Under the pieces are notes generated by a model. It was not told the DNA's origin. It ran no database searches and saw only the letters and a list, made by a program, of their open reading frames with translations. Of a stretch of DNA of 64,000 nt, positions 61,132 through 64,000 are shown in pieces (position 1 is the stretch's first letter; the number at the start of each line of letters is the position of its first letter). The position numbers and the translations under genes were made by a program. The DNA is taken from positions 31,779 through 95,778 of the forward strand of contig CAZVGK010000008.1 of NCBI GenBank assembly GCA_964626665.1, given 5' to 3'. Source of the stretch: an uncultured Gemmatimonadota bacterium (GTDB lineage: Bacteria; SM23-81; DAOVCL01).

Positions 61132-61300
61132 GATAGAGGGGGGGGAATATCAAGCCTATTACATAGGATTGGAGGAGTTGATAAGGAATAAGGAAGCAGT
61201 TAGACGATATAAGGATCTGGAAGATCTGAAGTATATAAGGGCAGCACTGAATAGGAAGGGGTAAACACTTAGAGAAATATGCACATCAGAGGACTCTAAA

Positions 61301-63556
61301 TTGATCGGCAAAACAATATCTCATTACAAAATAATTGAAAAAATTGGCTCTGGCGGCATGGGTGTGGTCTACAAAGCCGAGGACATCAAACTCAAACGCA
61401 CCGTTGCTTTGAAGTTTCTCCCGCCGCATATGTTAGGCAGTGAGAAAGAGAAGACCCGTTTTATTCGCGAGGCGCAGGCCGCAGCGGCGTTGGATCATCC
61501 CAGCATCTGCACCGTCCATGAAATTGACGAGGCTGAAGGACAAACCTTCATTGCGATGACCTATATCGAAGGCCAAAGCCTGAAAGATAAGATCGAATCA
61601 GAACCTGTAGGGGCGAACGGCCGTTCGCCCCTAACCATTGATGAAGCACTGGCAATTGCCATCCAGATTGCTGAGGGTTTGTGGGAGGCGCACGGGAGAG
61701 GGATTGTGCATCGCGATATTAAGCCGGCCAACATTATGTTGACGACCAAAGGTCAGACAAAGATTATGGATTTTGGCCTGGCCAAATTGGCTGGTCAGAC
61801 CAAACTCACCAAAACGGGCGCGACCCTGGGTACGGTGGCCTATATGTCACCGGAACAGGCGCGTGGGGAAAAAGTCGATCACCGAACAGACATCTGGTCA
61901 CTGGGAGTTGTGCTTTATGAAATGCTCACCGGGAAACTGCCTTTCAAAGGTGACTACGATCAGGCTGCTATCTATTCCATCTTGAACGAAGAACCAGAGC
62001 CAGTTGCAAGCTTGCGAAAGGATCTGCCAGTCGGCTTTGGGATGATTTTGCACTCGTGTTTACAGAAAGATCCGCGCAATCGTTACAGAGACATGGCGAC
62101 GTTACTATCAGACTTAAAATCTATAGATCTGGAGGACAAGACTCAGGTTTTAACTGCTGTCCATGCTGAAGATGAGCCACCCTCCATTGCGGTTTTACCC
62201 TTTGTGAACATGAGCGCTGATCCGGAAAACGAATACTTTAGCGATGGGCTTTCTGAAGCTATCATCAATTCGCTCACCAAGATCAAGGACTTTAAAGTGG
62301 TTGCCCGGACGTCGGCGTTTTCCTTCAAAGGAAAAGATGTGGACATCCGCGATATTGGCAAACAATTAGACGTTAACAAAGTCCTAGAAGGCAGTGTTCA
62401 AAAAGCCGGAAATCGCCTCCGAATCACTGCCCAGCTCATAAATATTTCCGACGGATACCATCTTTGGTCAGAGCGTTTTGACCGGAATATAGACGACATC
62501 TTCGCAATTCAAGATGATATCTCTCTAGCTATCGTTGATAATTTAAAACTTAAGCTCATAAAGGGAGAGAAAACAAAGCTCGTCAAGCGGCATACAGGTG
62601 ATCCGGAGGCCTACAATTTCTATTTGAAAGGCCGGTACTTCTATAACAAAAGAACAGAAGAGGACATGAAACGAAGCATCGAATACTTTGAGCGGGCTTT
62701 AGAGAAAGATCCAAAATTCGCGCTCCCGTACGCTGGTTTGGCCGATACTTATGCGACGTTCGGATTTTATCATTGGTGGCCGTATGAGGAGGCTCGTTCA
62801 AAGGCAAAGGAATTCGCGCTGAAAGGGCTTGAAGTGGACGATTCTGTGGGCGAGACACATGGAGCCTATGCGAATTATATATTGTGGTATGAATGGCAGT
62901 GGGCCGAAGCCGGGAAGGAATATAAAAAAGCTATCCAACTCAGCCCCTCTGATGTGGAGGCTCGCCATATGTATGCCCATTTATTGGAGAGTTCAGGACG
63001 TTTTGATGAAGCCATTGCCGAAATGGGAAAGGCTTTGGAGTTGGAGCCTCTCTCGATTAATCTGAATCACTGTATGGCGCAGATTCATTTCTTTGCCGGT
63101 AACTATGACGAGGCCATAGACCTGCTTCAGAAGACAATCGAGATGGATCCGGGTTTTCCTCTTCAGTATTTTTGGCTGGGAAGAGTCTATCTTCAGAAAG
63201 GAGAGCTTCAGAAAGCCTTAGAGATGTTTGAAAGAGGGGCAGATTTTCCCACGATCGGTACGATGGTCTTGGGAGGTCTCGGCCTTGCCTATGCTGTAGC
63301 AGGCAGGAGAGATGAGGCCCAGGGAATGCTCGAACAAATAAATAACCTTTCAAAAGAAAGATATGTTGAACCATATTATATTGCATACATCTATATGGGT
63401 TTAGGAAACACAGAAAAAGTCTTTGATCTGTTTGAGCAGGGTTTTGAGGAAGGAGATATGCATTTACTTTATCTTCCTATAGATCCGATTTTTGATGAAT
63501 TGCATGAAGACCCAAGATTTAAGGCTTTAATGAAAAAAATGGGGTTGGAGATATGA
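61301..63556 (+). CDS. Hanks-type Ser/Thr kinase with TolB-like (SIAVLPF) and TPR domains
   Basis: GSGGMGVVYKA, VALK, HRDIKPAN, DFGLA, YMSPEQ; SIAVLPFVNMS; TPR repeats. Confidence 0.95.
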   Translation: MIGKTISHYKIIEKIGSGGMGVVYKAEDIKLKRTVALKFLPPHMLGSEKEKTRFIREAQAAAALDHPSICTVHEIDEAEGQTFIAMTYIEGQSLKDKIESEPVGANGRSPLTIDEALAIAIQIAEGLWEAHGRGIVHRDIKPANIMLTTKGQTKIMDFGLAKLAGQTKLTKTGATLGTVAYMSPEQARGEKVDHRTDIWSLGVVLYEMLTGKLPFKGDYDQAAIYSILNEEPEPVASLRKDLPVGFGMILHSCLQKDPRNRYRDMATLLSDLKSIDLEDKTQVLTAVHAEDEPPSIAVLPFVNMSADPENEYFSDGLSEAIINSLTKIKDFKVVARTSAFSFKGKDVDIRDIGKQLDVNKVLEGSVQKAGNRLRITAQLINISDGYHLWSERFDRNIDDIFAIQDDISLAIVDNLKLKLIKGEKTKLVKRHTGDPEAYNFYLKGRYFYNKRTEEDMKRSIEYFERALEKDPKFALPYAGLADTYATFGFYHWWPYEEARSKAKEFALKGLEVDDSVGETHGAYANYILWYEWQWAEAGKEYKKAIQLSPSDVEARHMYAHLLESSGRFDEAIAEMGKALELEPLSINLNHCMAQIHFFAGNYDEAIDLLQKTIEMDPGFPLQYFWLGRVYLQKGELQKALEMFERGADFPTIGTMVLGGLGLAYAVAGRRDEAQGMLEQINNLSKERYVEPYYIAYIYMGLGNTEKVFDLFEQGFEEGDMHLLYLPIDPIFDELHEDPRFKALMKKMGLEI
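61607..61633. repeat. GTAG-type REP palindrome inside the kinase CDS
   Basis: G + perfect 26-bp palindrome TAGGGGCGAACGG|CCGTTCGCCCCTA. Confidence 0.8.
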
Positions 63557-64000
63557 TCGGTAAAACCGTTTCACATTATAAGATCCTCGATAAGATCGGG
63601 GAAGGCGGGATGGGTGTGGTGTATAAGGCAGAGGATACGAAGCTCAAACGGACGGTTGCGCTGAAGTTTCTGCCCAAAGAACTCACTCGGGACGAGGAGG
63701 CCAAACAGCGTTTCATCCAAGAAGCGCAGGCGGCGTCGGCGTTAGAACATAACAACATCTGCAACATACATGAAATCGACGAGACCGATGACGGCCAAAC
63801 CTTCATCGTCATGGCCTGTTATGAAGGCGAGACGTTGAAGGAGATGATTAAACGGGGACCTCTCAAGATAGAAAAAGCTCTTGATATCGCTACCCAGGTA
63901 GCCAAGGGCCTTCATGAAGCCCACGAAAAGGGCATCGTTCATAGAGACATCAAAAGCGCCAACATCATGGTGACCGAAAAGGGTCAGGTAAAGATTATGG
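63553..64000 (+). CDS. Second Hanks-type Ser/Thr kinase, partial (runs off the window)
   Basis: MIGKTVSHYKILDKIGEGGMGVVYKAEDTKLKRTVALKFLP...HRDIKSANIM; ATGA overlap with the first kinase. Confidence 0.92.
   Translation, partial: MIGKTVSHYKILDKIGEGGMGVVYKAEDTKLKRTVALKFLPKELTRDEEAKQRFIQEAQAASALEHNNICNIHEIDETDDGQTFIVMACYEGETLKEMIKRGPLKIEKALDIATQVAKGLHEAHEKGIVHRDIKSANIMVTEKGQVKIM

Larger units (their letters stand above)
60414..61264 (+). pseudogene. Nucleotidyltransferase (DUF6036/MNT-like) interrupted by two inserts
   Basis: Removing 60529-60696 and 60920-61131 gives one 156-aa ORF: ...VRYVIMGG...YGYGRLTGDVDFF...PPNRID...FDEAWNSRIE...LEELIRNK...KDLEDL. Confidence 0.8.

Overview
Bacterial chromosomal segment, roughly 50% GC by eye. 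It is probably from an anaerobic or facultative, diderm, FCB-group-like lineage: three secreted proteins end in a 'QNYPNPFN...KMxLLR' FlgD-Ig/T9SS-type tail and there is a class III ribonucleotide reductase. This taxonomy is inference. Housekeeping blocks: hisS-aspS-phoH-HD-ybeY-corC-tRNA-fMet; rfaE2-TPR-pepQ-efp-accB-pilT/U-accC-nrdD; hsp20-dnaK-grpE-degP-fmdB-clpB; batD-like-moxR; two Ser/Thr kinases. Accessory blocks: (i) a ~16 kb ECF-sigma/anti-sigma envelope-export island (16.9-33.3 kb) with a low-GC ABC cassette and an intact IS; (ii) a low-GC defence-like island with an HNH restriction-modification pair (43.3-48.0 kb). Most notable observations: one ~59-aa helical 'LTxEQR...G(A/S)SxEEI...L' module occurs four times in a secreted protein and once inserted in the MacA-like adaptor of the same island. 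NrdD is split, with its glycyl-radical motif on a separate 56-aa ORF. A nucleotidyltransferase gene is restored to one open frame by exact removal of two small inserts. A 26-bp REP palindrome sits in frame inside a kinase. The chaperone operon has a sigma-54 promoter with three phased upstream sites. An unlisted 44-aa very basic ORF has its own promoter. Intergenic regions are full of nested REP/MITE elements. All calls were made by eye; no database searches were run.
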